Origin: an uncultured Poribacteria bacterium
GTDB taxonomy: Bacteria > Poribacteria > WGA-4E > WGA-3G
Direction: 5' to 3'
NCBI GenBank assembly: GCA_951813545.1
Contig: OX638352.1
Location: 2,432,835 to 2,496,834, forward strand
DNA length: 64,000 bases
The translations under genes and the position numbers were made by a program. Below, one piece after another: positions 37,556 through 46,397 of the stretch. The notes below the pieces were generated by a model. It was not told where the DNA came from and made no database searches. It was given only the letters and a program-made list of their open reading frames with translations. Each line of letters opens with the position of its first letter. Position 1 is the stretch's first letter.

Positions 37556-38248
37556 TTAGTAAGAACTTTTGACTTCTGCCCACTTCGCTGCTAATTTGCC
37601 AGCGGGTTCAACGGGAAGTCCTTTGAATTTCAGATTGTAGTCCAAATCCGCATCGATACCGACAAACATGCTCCAACCGCCGCCGCGTTCACACACTTTA
37701 ACCATTAGAACGTTATCGCCTTTTTTCAGGTCTACCTCAAATGTGTCCTGAAAATCGCCAGCACCGCGGTTGACAGGGTTTTTGTGAACCTCTTTGCCGT
37801 TGAACCACACCTTAACGGAGTCATCACTACCGACACGTGCTTCAACGCCTTTCTTGGTAGCCTTTGAGGTAGCGTTGATCACGGCGTAGGAGCAGTGGTC
37901 GTTGATATCGCCCCCGGGCCCCAACTTAATCTTTAGGAGCGTGTCGTTAATGTTGTTGCCCCCGACTGCGGCGATTTCTCCTTCGGTCCATTCGTAATTT
38001 TCGGCGAATTTGACCTTCAGGACTTTATCAGTAATTCCTTCTTTGGCAACATCTTCCTCGGTCAGTTTACCCTTTGTTGCGTCTTTGATACCGTCGTCAT
38101 CTGTTACAGCGGCACCACCGCCCCCGGCAGGGCTTTCGGTGATCATCCACATCCAAGGACCTTCAATTTTATCTATGGCAGTAGCAAATTGTACCGTGAG
38201 CAAAAATGCAATAGCACACACTGCCAAAATCATAAATCTGCTTTTCAT
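37556..38248 (-). CDS. Secreted single-repeat paralog of 36065..37291
   Basis: Signal peptide. IDKIEGPWMWMI...ARVGSDDSVKVWFNGKEV...MVKVCERGGGWSMFVGI. C-terminal VEPAGKLAAKWAEVK. Confidence 0.65.
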   Translation of the reverse strand: MKSRFMILAVCAIAFLLTVQFATAIDKIEGPWMWMITESPAGGGGAAVTDDDGIKDATKGKLTEEDVAKEGITDKVLKVKFAENYEWTEGEIAAVGGNNINDTLLKIKLGPGGDINDHCSYAVINATSKATKKGVEARVGSDDSVKVWFNGKEVHKNPVNRGAGDFQDTFEVDLKKGDNVLMVKVCERGGGWSMFVGIDADLDYNLKFKGLPVEPAGKLAAKWAEVKSSY

Positions 38249-38444
38249 TTTTTAGTTTAACCTCCTTAATATTCAACTAACGTGATAGGTTATCACAAGT
38301 TACCAAAAATGTCAAATTAATTTTTCAATTAAACAGGGTTTACACAGTTTCCTCGCTGGCGAGGTTTTAAACCTCGCCAGCGGCGCGTAGTAGCCAAGAA
38401 AATTGCGTAAGTCCTATTAAAATTAATTTGAAAACGTCTATCAG

Positions 38445-38750
38445 TTATTCTATTTCTAACTGATTTTGGACACTGGCAACCTTATCGTTCATTGTTTGGG
38501 TTTTGTCGATTCGAGTTCCAAACTTGAGTGTCGTTGTGATTCGGGGCGCGCCCATCTCATGGACGACCTCGTGGCACCGTCGAATTGCCGCAAATACAAC
38601 ATCCCACTCGCCTTCAATATTGGTGCCATAAGCGTGCAATTTCGTTTCTAAGCCTGCCTCTTTTAGCACCTTCTCACACGCAGTGACGTATTTGGAGACC
38701 GATACACCGACACCTATTGGAACAACACAGAGATCCGCGATGACCTTCAT
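38445..38750 (-). CDS. MTH1187/YkoF-family (DUF77) small protein
   Basis: Start chosen at MKVIADLCVVPIGVG. The longer ORF would overlap the upstream AKR gene. 101 aa. Confidence 0.6.
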   Translation of the reverse strand: MKVIADLCVVPIGVGVSVSKYVTACEKVLKEAGLETKLHAYGTNIEGEWDVVFAAIRRCHEVVHEMGAPRITTTLKFGTRIDKTQTMNDKVASVQNQLEIE

Positions 38751-38760
38751 GTAGCCCTCC

Positions 38761-39729
38761 TCAATTACCGCGTAATTGTTCCAAAACGGCGGCAGGTAGT
38801 GGTGCTGCACCCGAAGTCGCGACACCATCGTCAACCTGTGCCGGTGTCATCATCCCTGGCACGACACAAGAGACTGCAGGGTGTGCCAAGATAAATTTGA
38901 GGGCGGCTTGGGGGAGACTTCGCGCCTTATCTCCAATGATCAACTTAACCTGTTCCACGCGTTCCAGATCGGCGAGGAATTTCTCACGGGACCACGTCTT
39001 GCGATAATCGTTCTCCGCAAACACAGTATCAGGTCCGAGTTGTCCAGAGAGAAGTCCTGACGACAACGGCTGTCGGACGGCAACAGCAACGCCTTTTTCA
39101 GCAGCGGTCTCCATCACAGGGGCTGCCATATCCTGGGTGAGGATATTGTAAGTAAGCAGCAACGAAGATATACCGGTCTCTGCTATCGCCTTTAGCGCAT
39201 CCGCCTCACTGCCGAGACCCATCCCATAGAATCGGATTTTGCCTTCGACTTTGAGGTCCTCCATCGTTCCGAACGCGTCATTCCACTTCTCTGGAGGGGG
39301 TGGCCCATGGAATTGGTAGATGTCTATGACATCCCTGTTCAACCGTGTGAGGCTCCCTTCAACTGCTGACCGGATATAATCGGGTGAAACATTGAACGAC
39401 GGGTGTTCCCATCCTTGGCTAATCCATCCATCAGAGTCCAATTCATAGCCGAGTTTTGTGGCGATGACGACTCTGTCACCGAGTGCTGAAAAAGCCTCGC
39501 CAAGTAGCCGTTCTGCACGTCCACCGCCGTACTGATCTGCCGTATCGTAATAGGTAACACCGCTTTCAAAGGCGTACCGAAGGAGATCGACAGCGTCAGT
39601 CTCACCGATGTCTCCCCATTCACGACCTCCGAGTTCCCATGTTCCCATGCCGATTTCAGAGACGGTTAGTCCTGTGTTTCCTAATTTACGTTGGCGCACT
39701 ATTTTTTCCTTCGCGAGATCGCAAGGCAC
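38761..39729 (-). CDS. Aldo/keto reductase
   Basis: LGNTGLTVSEIGMGTWELGG, and a full AKR-like length. Confidence 0.85.
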   Translation of the reverse strand: MPCDLAKEKIVRQRKLGNTGLTVSEIGMGTWELGGREWGDIGETDAVDLLRYAFESGVTYYDTADQYGGGRAERLLGEAFSALGDRVVIATKLGYELDSDGWISQGWEHPSFNVSPDYIRSAVEGSLTRLNRDVIDIYQFHGPPPPEKWNDAFGTMEDLKVEGKIRFYGMGLGSEADALKAIAETGISSLLLTYNILTQDMAAPVMETAAEKGVAVAVRQPLSSGLLSGQLGPDTVFAENDYRKTWSREKFLADLERVEQVKLIIGDKARSLPQAALKFILAHPAVSCVVPGMMTPAQVDDGVATSGAAPLPAAVLEQLRGN

Positions 39730-39928
39730 GGGCCCCTGCGTTTAGAGAGTCGTACGATTTAAATCTGCCTGTCATTTTGCGATATTTACGATTATTTGTC
39801 AAGAAGATTTAATTTTTCCGTCAGCGGCATTCAGTAAATAACCCTCGCTGCGCTGAAAATGAATTTGTATTGACAGGCGACCTCTATTTCTGATAAGATA
39901 AAGTTATTCATTTGATGGGGAGGAACAC

Positions 39929-40726
39929 ATGGCTAAAAAACGCGGAACCTTTCGTTTGAGCGGTGTCGGGACTAAAGTCGAGCAGCATGCAGAGCGGGTC
40001 TTACGGATGCTAAAACTGGATTCGCAAGAAGCAATGGGGCATGCCTACGCGTCTTTATTGTTTCTGGAACGCAAGGAACCGGAAAGGTTCAAAATGCTCA
40101 TGGCAGAAACGGCGGTTGCGGCACTCTACGAGCGAATTGAGACGCGGAAAAAGAAACATAAGCCAGCAATTTTGGGGATGGAAGCGCAACCTCGGCAGCC
40201 GAAGCGGGGTGAAGTGAGCGCAGAGCGGAGGAGACGGCGACTCGCACTTAACGGTGAAGGGACACTGAGCGAACAGCACATCGACAGGGTGAAAAGACTC
40301 TGGTCGGTTCTGCTGGAGGGTAATCATAATATGTATCAATATAAGACGCGTGTCGCTTTTGCCGAGTCAATGCAATGGTTGGAAGAAAACGAACTGAATA
40401 CATTTCTAAAACTTCTTGAGTCGCTTGAGGATATGTCAAATGGTGATGACGCTTATTTTATTTTCATTCGGCATGAACTCAATCAGGTTCAAAAACAGGT
40501 TGCGGCATCACATGAAAAATTGGATCTGAACCTTCTGGCACCGGCACGAAGAACACTTAAAGAGCGCGTTTTAGTTCGCGAGCTACACCAAAAAGCGGAG
40601 GCAAATTTGGGAAAGACGACGATAGCGGATCGAGAGGTGGAGTTGCCTAACGATGGCACTACCGCAACTGAAGAGACACATCCAGATCAGACGACAGTGT
40701 TTAACCTCTCAGAAGGGAAATTTTGA
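39929..40726 (+). CDS. Hypothetical protein
   Basis: 265-aa ORF, charged and helical, with no motif. Overlaps the rfbB start by 4 nt, as in an operon. Confidence 0.5.
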   Translation: MAKKRGTFRLSGVGTKVEQHAERVLRMLKLDSQEAMGHAYASLLFLERKEPERFKMLMAETAVAALYERIETRKKKHKPAILGMEAQPRQPKRGEVSAERRRRRLALNGEGTLSEQHIDRVKRLWSVLLEGNHNMYQYKTRVAFAESMQWLEENELNTFLKLLESLEDMSNGDDAYFIFIRHELNQVQKQVAASHEKLDLNLLAPARRTLKERVLVRELHQKAEANLGKTTIADREVELPNDGTTATEETHPDQTTVFNLSEGKF

Positions 40727-41760
40727 TGAAATTACTGGTCACTGGTGGCGCGGGATTTATCGGTGCCAATTTCATCCGATACTGGCTGCGACACCACTCA
40801 GATGATGCCATCGTTAACCTTGACCTACTGACGTACGCTGGAAATCTCTCCAATTTGACGGATATAGCGACACACTACCCAAAGCGTTACAAGTTTGCAC
40901 ACGGTGATATTTTGGACTCGGTGTTTGTGGAAAGTGTCTTGAAAAAAGAGCCTCCGGACGCGATCGTCAATTTCGCTGCGGAGTCACATAACAGTCGTGC
41001 TATTCTACATCCGCGGCGTTTCTTTGAAACGAACGTGATCGGGACGCAGGTGTTACTGGACGCGGCTCGAAAGTCCGGTGTACAGCGGTTCCATCATATC
41101 TCTACATGTGAGGTTTACGGCGAACTCCCTTTAGATTCACCTGATGCATTTAGTGAGAACGCGCCGTATCGTCCACAGACACCCTATAACGCCTCTAAAG
41201 CAGCAGCCGATCATCTCGTGAACGCCTACTTTCATAGCTTTGGCATGCCGATAACGATTTCCAATTGTGCAAACAACTACGGTCCGTACCAGCACCCAGA
41301 GAAACTCATTCCGCTCTTCACAACGAATGCGATCCAAAATTTACCCTTAACGCTCTACCGAAGCAGTCATAACCGGCGTGAATGGCTACATGTTGAGGAC
41401 CATTGTGGGGCAATCGCGGCGGTTCTCAAGCACGGAAAAATCGGTGAGACTTATAACGTCGGGAGCGGTGTGGAAAAGAGCATCGAGGAAATTAGCGATT
41501 TCATCTTGGATGTTCTTAACAAATCACAGGAATTGAAAACTTACGTTCCTGACCGGCCCGGACACGATTGTCGGTATCTGTTAGATTCGGAAAAGATCGC
41601 CCGTGATGTCGGATGGGAACCGACTATTGAATTTGAAGATGGCATGCGCGAGACGATTCAATGGTACGTCGAGAATCAGGAATGGTGGCAGATGATTCAA
41701 CAGAAAGTAGATAGTGAAGTGGTTCAAGAGGATAAATGGGAAACGTTCACAGAGAGGTAA
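40723..41760 (+). CDS. rfbB: dTDP-glucose 4,6-dehydratase
   Basis: MKLLVTGGAGFIGANF and YNASKAAADHLV (YxxxK). Confidence 0.9.
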   Translation: MMKLLVTGGAGFIGANFIRYWLRHHSDDAIVNLDLLTYAGNLSNLTDIATHYPKRYKFAHGDILDSVFVESVLKKEPPDAIVNFAAESHNSRAILHPRRFFETNVIGTQVLLDAARKSGVQRFHHISTCEVYGELPLDSPDAFSENAPYRPQTPYNASKAAADHLVNAYFHSFGMPITISNCANNYGPYQHPEKLIPLFTTNAIQNLPLTLYRSSHNRREWLHVEDHCGAIAAVLKHGKIGETYNVGSGVEKSIEEISDFILDVLNKSQELKTYVPDRPGHDCRYLLDSEKIARDVGWEPTIEFEDGMRETIQWYVENQEWWQMIQQKVDSEVVQEDKWETFTER

Positions 41761-41765
41761 ATGTC

Positions 41766-42746
41766 ATGCAACTAACGACGGAACAACTGGCAACATGGAA
41801 ACGGGATGGAATAATCGTGGTGCCCAACGTGTTTTCACCGGAAATGATTGTGCCCGCGCTGGAAGAGATCGAACGAAATGCATACGATGGATTAACTTAC
41901 GCCGAATATCAAGCGAAATGGGGTCCGCAGCCAGACGCACTGAAAAGTGCCTATGAGAAAAACAGTGATATGCAACGACTTGCGGGTCCTTTTGGAAAGG
42001 CAGTGCATTTTCCGACAGGCTTGGAAGCCGTGGATAAACTTATCGAAAACGAGGCGTATCTGGCGATCGCACAGCAGCTGTTAGATACAGAAGAAATTCG
42101 GCTCGGTTATGGACAAATATTCTTCCGAGAGGGACTCACCGATAGCCGTCATAGTGAACATCCATGGCAGGGTTACCACATTGACAATGCAACGAACTCA
42201 CCCTTGCCACCACATCCAGATTGGCAACGCTACGGATATGTTCTGACCGCTATCTTCCCACATGACATCGAATTGGACGGTGCGCCGATGCTTGTCTGCC
42301 CAGGTTCACAGAACCAGTTAGATAAAATATGGGCGAGGTACCCGGGCAGAGCGGGCGGAATGGGTATTCCTGACTTACGTGAATTTAAAGGAGAACTCGC
42401 GGATCCGGTTCCGCTTACGGCGAAAGCGGGGAGTGTGTCGTTTCGCTCAAGTTACTTGGTTCACGCCGCACAACCATTTGAGAACAAGAGTAGACAACGT
42501 GGATGGATGGGGTTCCACTTCCATCGTGCGGATAATGACGATTGGTGCAAAACGACACGTCCAGTGCCGGGTTGGGGCAGCCCACAGTATATGAAATTTG
42601 TCGCGCAAACGACACCTGCTGTACGACGTGTTTTAGGGTGGCCCACCCCTGGCGATGCCTACTATACGCCGGAAGCCCTTGCCCGTCTTGAACAGGCATA
42701 TCCGGGAATTGATCTGGAGCCATATAGAAAAACATCAAAAACTTAG
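41766..42746 (+). CDS. Phytanoyl-CoA dioxygenase (PhyH)-family Fe/2OG oxygenase-like protein
   Basis: MQLTTEQLATWKRDGIIVVPNVF, and a PhyH-like length. Confidence 0.65.
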   Translation: MQLTTEQLATWKRDGIIVVPNVFSPEMIVPALEEIERNAYDGLTYAEYQAKWGPQPDALKSAYEKNSDMQRLAGPFGKAVHFPTGLEAVDKLIENEAYLAIAQQLLDTEEIRLGYGQIFFREGLTDSRHSEHPWQGYHIDNATNSPLPPHPDWQRYGYVLTAIFPHDIELDGAPMLVCPGSQNQLDKIWARYPGRAGGMGIPDLREFKGELADPVPLTAKAGSVSFRSSYLVHAAQPFENKSRQRGWMGFHFHRADNDDWCKTTRPVPGWGSPQYMKFVAQTTPAVRRVLGWPTPGDAYYTPEALARLEQAYPGIDLEPYRKTSKT

Positions 42747-42755
42747 TCAAAGATG

Positions 42756-42784
42756 GCAGCCATGCAACAACGGCAGCATGGCGG
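42756..42784. repeat. Hairpin with conserved loop AACAACGGCAGCA, copy 1
   Basis: GCCATGC-AACAACGGCA-GCATGGC, 10 bp after the PhyH stop. The same loop with a different stem is at 44073-44097. Confidence 0.5.
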
Positions 42785-42849
42785 ATTTTATCATGGAGGA
42801 GGCCCTGCTGAAACCTATCTGACAGCTCCCGTTAGGGTCTAATTAAAAA

Positions 42850-43899
42850 ATGAGTAAAACGAGAAAAGTTGTGATGATGAATGAGGCAGGACGTATCTGG
42901 ACAGAGGAACAGGAAACACCTGCCCCGAAACCCGGACAACTCTTAATCGAAGTTCGCGCCTCAATGGTAAGTCCCGGTACGGAACTCGGTGGTGTCAAAC
43001 GGAGACGCGAGAATCCGGAGTCTGAAGCGCGACAGCGTCCGTTTGGGTATACCAACGCTGGTGTCGTTGTTGGTAAAGAAGGCGACTGCGACGAATTTGA
43101 GATCGGCGATAGGGTGGCTGGTATGGGGGGTGGCTACGCACTCCACGCCACCTATGCCTGTGTGCCGCACAACTTATGCGCGAAGGTTCCGGATGATGTC
43201 ACTGACAAGGAAGCCGCTTCTATTCATCTTGCGGCAACCGCATTGCACGCCGTGCAACGCGGACGTATCCGTATCGGTGAAAATGTTGTTGTTGCTGGTC
43301 TGGGTATTGTTGGGCAATTTGCATGCCAGATAGCCAAAACAGCGGGTGCTTACGTTATCGGTTTAGACCAACTGCCCTTGAGGATAGGTATTGCCGAGAA
43401 CGCCGGGATACACCGTGCCATAAACGTTTCGGAAGCGGATCCGATTCCCATTGCACAGGAATTCACCAACGGCTACGGTATGGATTGTGGGATTATCGCT
43501 TTCGGTGGTGATGCGACGAGCGCGTTTCAGCAGATCCGCGCGACGCTTAAGACCGCACCCGATACACACAAAGTCGGGCGGATCGTCATCGTCGGTGGGG
43601 CAAGTATTACACACGGCTTTGCGGCAGGACTTGGCAATGTGGACGTTATCAGTGCGGCGCGTACGGGACCCGGCTACCATGATGAGGATTATGAACACGG
43701 CGTGGATTACCCACCGGTGTTCGTCCCATGGCCCACACAACGCAACTTGGAGTTATCGCTGCGGCTGATGTCCGAAGGCAAAATTCAGGTGGATCCGTTG
43801 ATTACAGATATTGTGCCAATTGACCAAGCCTCTGAGGCATGTGAAAGGTTGATTCAAACGCCAAATGAGGCGTTAGGGGTTATCTTTTCAATGCAATAA
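42850..43899 (+). CDS. Zinc-type/MDR alcohol dehydrogenase-family oxidoreductase
   Basis: GGYALHATYACVP and the Rossmann VVVAGLGIVGQFACQIAK. Confidence 0.75.
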   Translation: MSKTRKVVMMNEAGRIWTEEQETPAPKPGQLLIEVRASMVSPGTELGGVKRRRENPESEARQRPFGYTNAGVVVGKEGDCDEFEIGDRVAGMGGGYALHATYACVPHNLCAKVPDDVTDKEAASIHLAATALHAVQRGRIRIGENVVVAGLGIVGQFACQIAKTAGAYVIGLDQLPLRIGIAENAGIHRAINVSEADPIPIAQEFTNGYGMDCGIIAFGGDATSAFQQIRATLKTAPDTHKVGRIVIVGGASITHGFAAGLGNVDVISAARTGPGYHDEDYEHGVDYPPVFVPWPTQRNLELSLRLMSEGKIQVDPLITDIVPIDQASEACERLIQTPNEALGVIFSMQ

Positions 43900-44072
43900 C
43901 CGGTTAGAATTTACGCAATTTACCCGTTTTTGTGCAGTCTTTCGTTTGTAGTAGCGCAATTCATTGTGCGTTCTTCGGTAATATCTGCGCAATGTCGGCG
44001 TGGACTCCAAATTTGCGTAAGTCCTGATGATTTGCTTACACCAGCTTAAAAAATTGGCAAAAATTAACAGCA

Positions 44073-44097
44073 CTGCAACAACGGCAGCAGTGCTGAC
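44073..44097. repeat. Hairpin with conserved loop AACAACGGCAGCA, copy 2
   Basis: CAGCACTGC-AACAACG-GCAGCAGTGCTG, upstream of the GNAT gene. Confidence 0.5.
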
Positions 44098-45375
44098 TTG
44101 AAAGGAGGAGCTGCACGCCAAGTGATCTTGACGATTCGCTTGCGCCAGCTTAAAAAATTGGAAATTCGAGCGGCTCGTGAATCAGAGTTAGCGCAGGTCG
44201 TTGAACTTAGCTGCATAGCATTTAATCCAGATGGACACGAACGCTATTGGCAGTACATAACTGCGGATAGCAGCTACAGACTCCCACAGACCCGTGTGGT
44301 GGTGGTGAACGACAAGGTCGTTTCCACCCTACGCGTCTGGGAACGGCGGATGCGGGTTGGTGCATCCCTCGTAACGATGGGTGGCATCGGTGGTGTCTGC
44401 ACACATCCGGATTACCGAGGTGTCGGATACGCGTCTGCCCTCATGCGAGATACAATTGATTATCTGCGGATGACTGGATGTGATCTTGGTGTGCTGTTTA
44501 CTATTATTCCAGAGGCGTTTTACAGGCGATTGGGATGGATCTCTTTGCCGCTACACGGCTTCAATATAACGTGTAAAGCCGCAACGCGCGAGGCAAATTC
44601 ATCGGAGTGGCAAGTCACCGACTTTAACCCAGAAACGAATTTGGACGCAGTAGCAGCGCTATACGATCTTGCCAATGCCCAACAGAGTGGAACTATCGCT
44701 CGGACACGCGCGTATTGGGATATGGCACCCTCACGCATCCGCGGTGTTCTTCCCACCGTGATTGCCCATCAAAATGGGTATATCGGCGGGTATCTTAACT
44801 ATGGGATAGGCGAAAAACGTGCGGAGGTGTGTGAAGTCGGATACGCACCGGATAACCCTCCGGTTTTGGATGCGCTTGTATCCCATTTTTTACAAGCGTG
44901 TGAATCACAAAAGGTTGAAAAAATAAACGGCAGATTTCCGTCTCGGCATCCGTTTGTGGAACGCCTGATAGCGGAAGTCGACAGTCCGGTAACCCTAACA
45001 GAATACACGAGCATGATGCTCTATGCTGTAAATCTACCGGTGCTTTTGCGTCGTCTTGTGGTGGGATGGGAATCGCAAATTGCGGATGCCGAAGAGACGT
45101 TTGCACCACTTGCGGTCAAACTACCTGCTTTCAATAACCAGCAGATAGTCCTGCGACATAATGCCGATGGCACGCTCCAAATAGTTCCTGAAGATGCCGA
45201 CGCTGTTGACTTGGGAGTTGATTTATCCGATGCAGATTTCTGGCAACTCCTGTTCGGCGAAATAGGGTGGGAGCAGGTGAGGTCCGACGCTTCGGTATCC
45301 TCAGAAATCTCGGTGTTCTTAGAAACACTGTTTCCCAAACGCGATGTTATCTTCTGGAATCCAGACCAGTATTGA
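44098..45375 (+). CDS. Eis-like GNAT N-acetyltransferase
   Basis: GNAT motif VTMGGIGGVCTHPDYRGVGYASALM, followed by a second GNAT/SCP2-like region. The start is uncertain (ATG 44098 or GTG 44122). Confidence 0.7.
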   Translation: MKGGAARQVILTIRLRQLKKLEIRAARESELAQVVELSCIAFNPDGHERYWQYITADSSYRLPQTRVVVVNDKVVSTLRVWERRMRVGASLVTMGGIGGVCTHPDYRGVGYASALMRDTIDYLRMTGCDLGVLFTIIPEAFYRRLGWISLPLHGFNITCKAATREANSSEWQVTDFNPETNLDAVAALYDLANAQQSGTIARTRAYWDMAPSRIRGVLPTVIAHQNGYIGGYLNYGIGEKRAEVCEVGYAPDNPPVLDALVSHFLQACESQKVEKINGRFPSRHPFVERLIAEVDSPVTLTEYTSMMLYAVNLPVLLRRLVVGWESQIADAEETFAPLAVKLPAFNNQQIVLRHNADGTLQIVPEDADAVDLGVDLSDADFWQLLFGEIGWEQVRSDASVSSEISVFLETLFPKRDVIFWNPDQY

Positions 45376-45403
45376 GAAATGGACAAGTACGGGTAAAAGG
45401 GGT

Positions 45404-46336
45404 ATGGAACATAATCGTAAAAACAATTCGGAATCTCAAAGGCAGGGAACCCGGACCAGGGCATTCGGAACATCCGGCAGAATCAATCACGATGCCAGTG
45501 AGTTTTATGGGAGCAAGCTCTATGCCGGTCAGGAGCCACTAGAGCCTGATGAATGGATTGAAAACTCTATCCCCACTGAAAACCTTGATCGATTCTACTG
45601 TGCGTCCAGCGCACAGATGTCCGAAATCCCGGACGCAAGCGTTCATCTGATGGTTACGTCCCCACCTTACAATGCCAAGAAGGAATACGACGACGATCTA
45701 TCGTTAGCAGAGTATAGGGAACTTCTTCATGCTGTCTTTGCCGAAACCCACAAAAAATTGGTTACCGGCGGCAGGGCGTGTATTAATATCGCCAACTTAG
45801 GAAGGAAACCCTACATCCCACTGCATAGCTACATCATAGAGGATATGTTAGCGATAGGCTACCACATGCGCGGTGAAATCATCTGGGATAAAGCCTCAAG
45901 TGCGGGTAGCTCAACGGCGTGGGGGAGTTGGTTATCAGCGGCGAACCCTGTACTGAGAGACGTTCACGAATACATCCTCGTCTTCTCCAAGGACTCCTTT
46001 TCTCGGAAACGCAACGGCAAAGAGAATTCTATTCGCAAAGAGGATTTCTTAGAGTGGACCAAAAGCGTTTGGACTTTTCCGTCTGTTTCAGCCAAACGCA
46101 TCGGTCATCCTGCCCCATTTCCCGAAGAACTGCCGCATCGGCTAATTCAACTCTATACCTTTGTGGGGGATGTCGTCTTGGATCCATTCTGTGGAAGCGG
46201 CACAACCTGCTTGAGTGCATTGAAATCAGGGAGGCATTATATCGGGTATGATATTGAGGAGAAATATATAAAACTGGCAAACGAGCGAATCCGACAGTAT
46301 GCCGATCAGCCGCGTTTACCAGTTTTTAAGGATTGA
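45404..46336 (+). CDS. Beta-class N4-cytosine/N6-adenine DNA methyltransferase (orphan)
   Basis: Motif IV VTSPPY comes before motif I VVLDPFCGSGTT, which is the beta permutation. Start taken at MEHNRKNN to avoid overlap with the upstream gene. Confidence 0.8.
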   Translation: MEHNRKNNSESQRQGTRTRAFGTSGRINHDASEFYGSKLYAGQEPLEPDEWIENSIPTENLDRFYCASSAQMSEIPDASVHLMVTSPPYNAKKEYDDDLSLAEYRELLHAVFAETHKKLVTGGRACINIANLGRKPYIPLHSYIIEDMLAIGYHMRGEIIWDKASSAGSSTAWGSWLSAANPVLRDVHEYILVFSKDSFSRKRNGKENSIRKEDFLEWTKSVWTFPSVSAKRIGHPAPFPEELPHRLIQLYTFVGDVVLDPFCGSGTTCLSALKSGRHYIGYDIEEKYIKLANERIRQYADQPRLPVFKD

Positions 46337-46397
46337 GTTTTCGCTCTGATTTTCCGTTTCAAAATCGGGTTTTGGTGTATTTCAACCGTGCAGGAAT

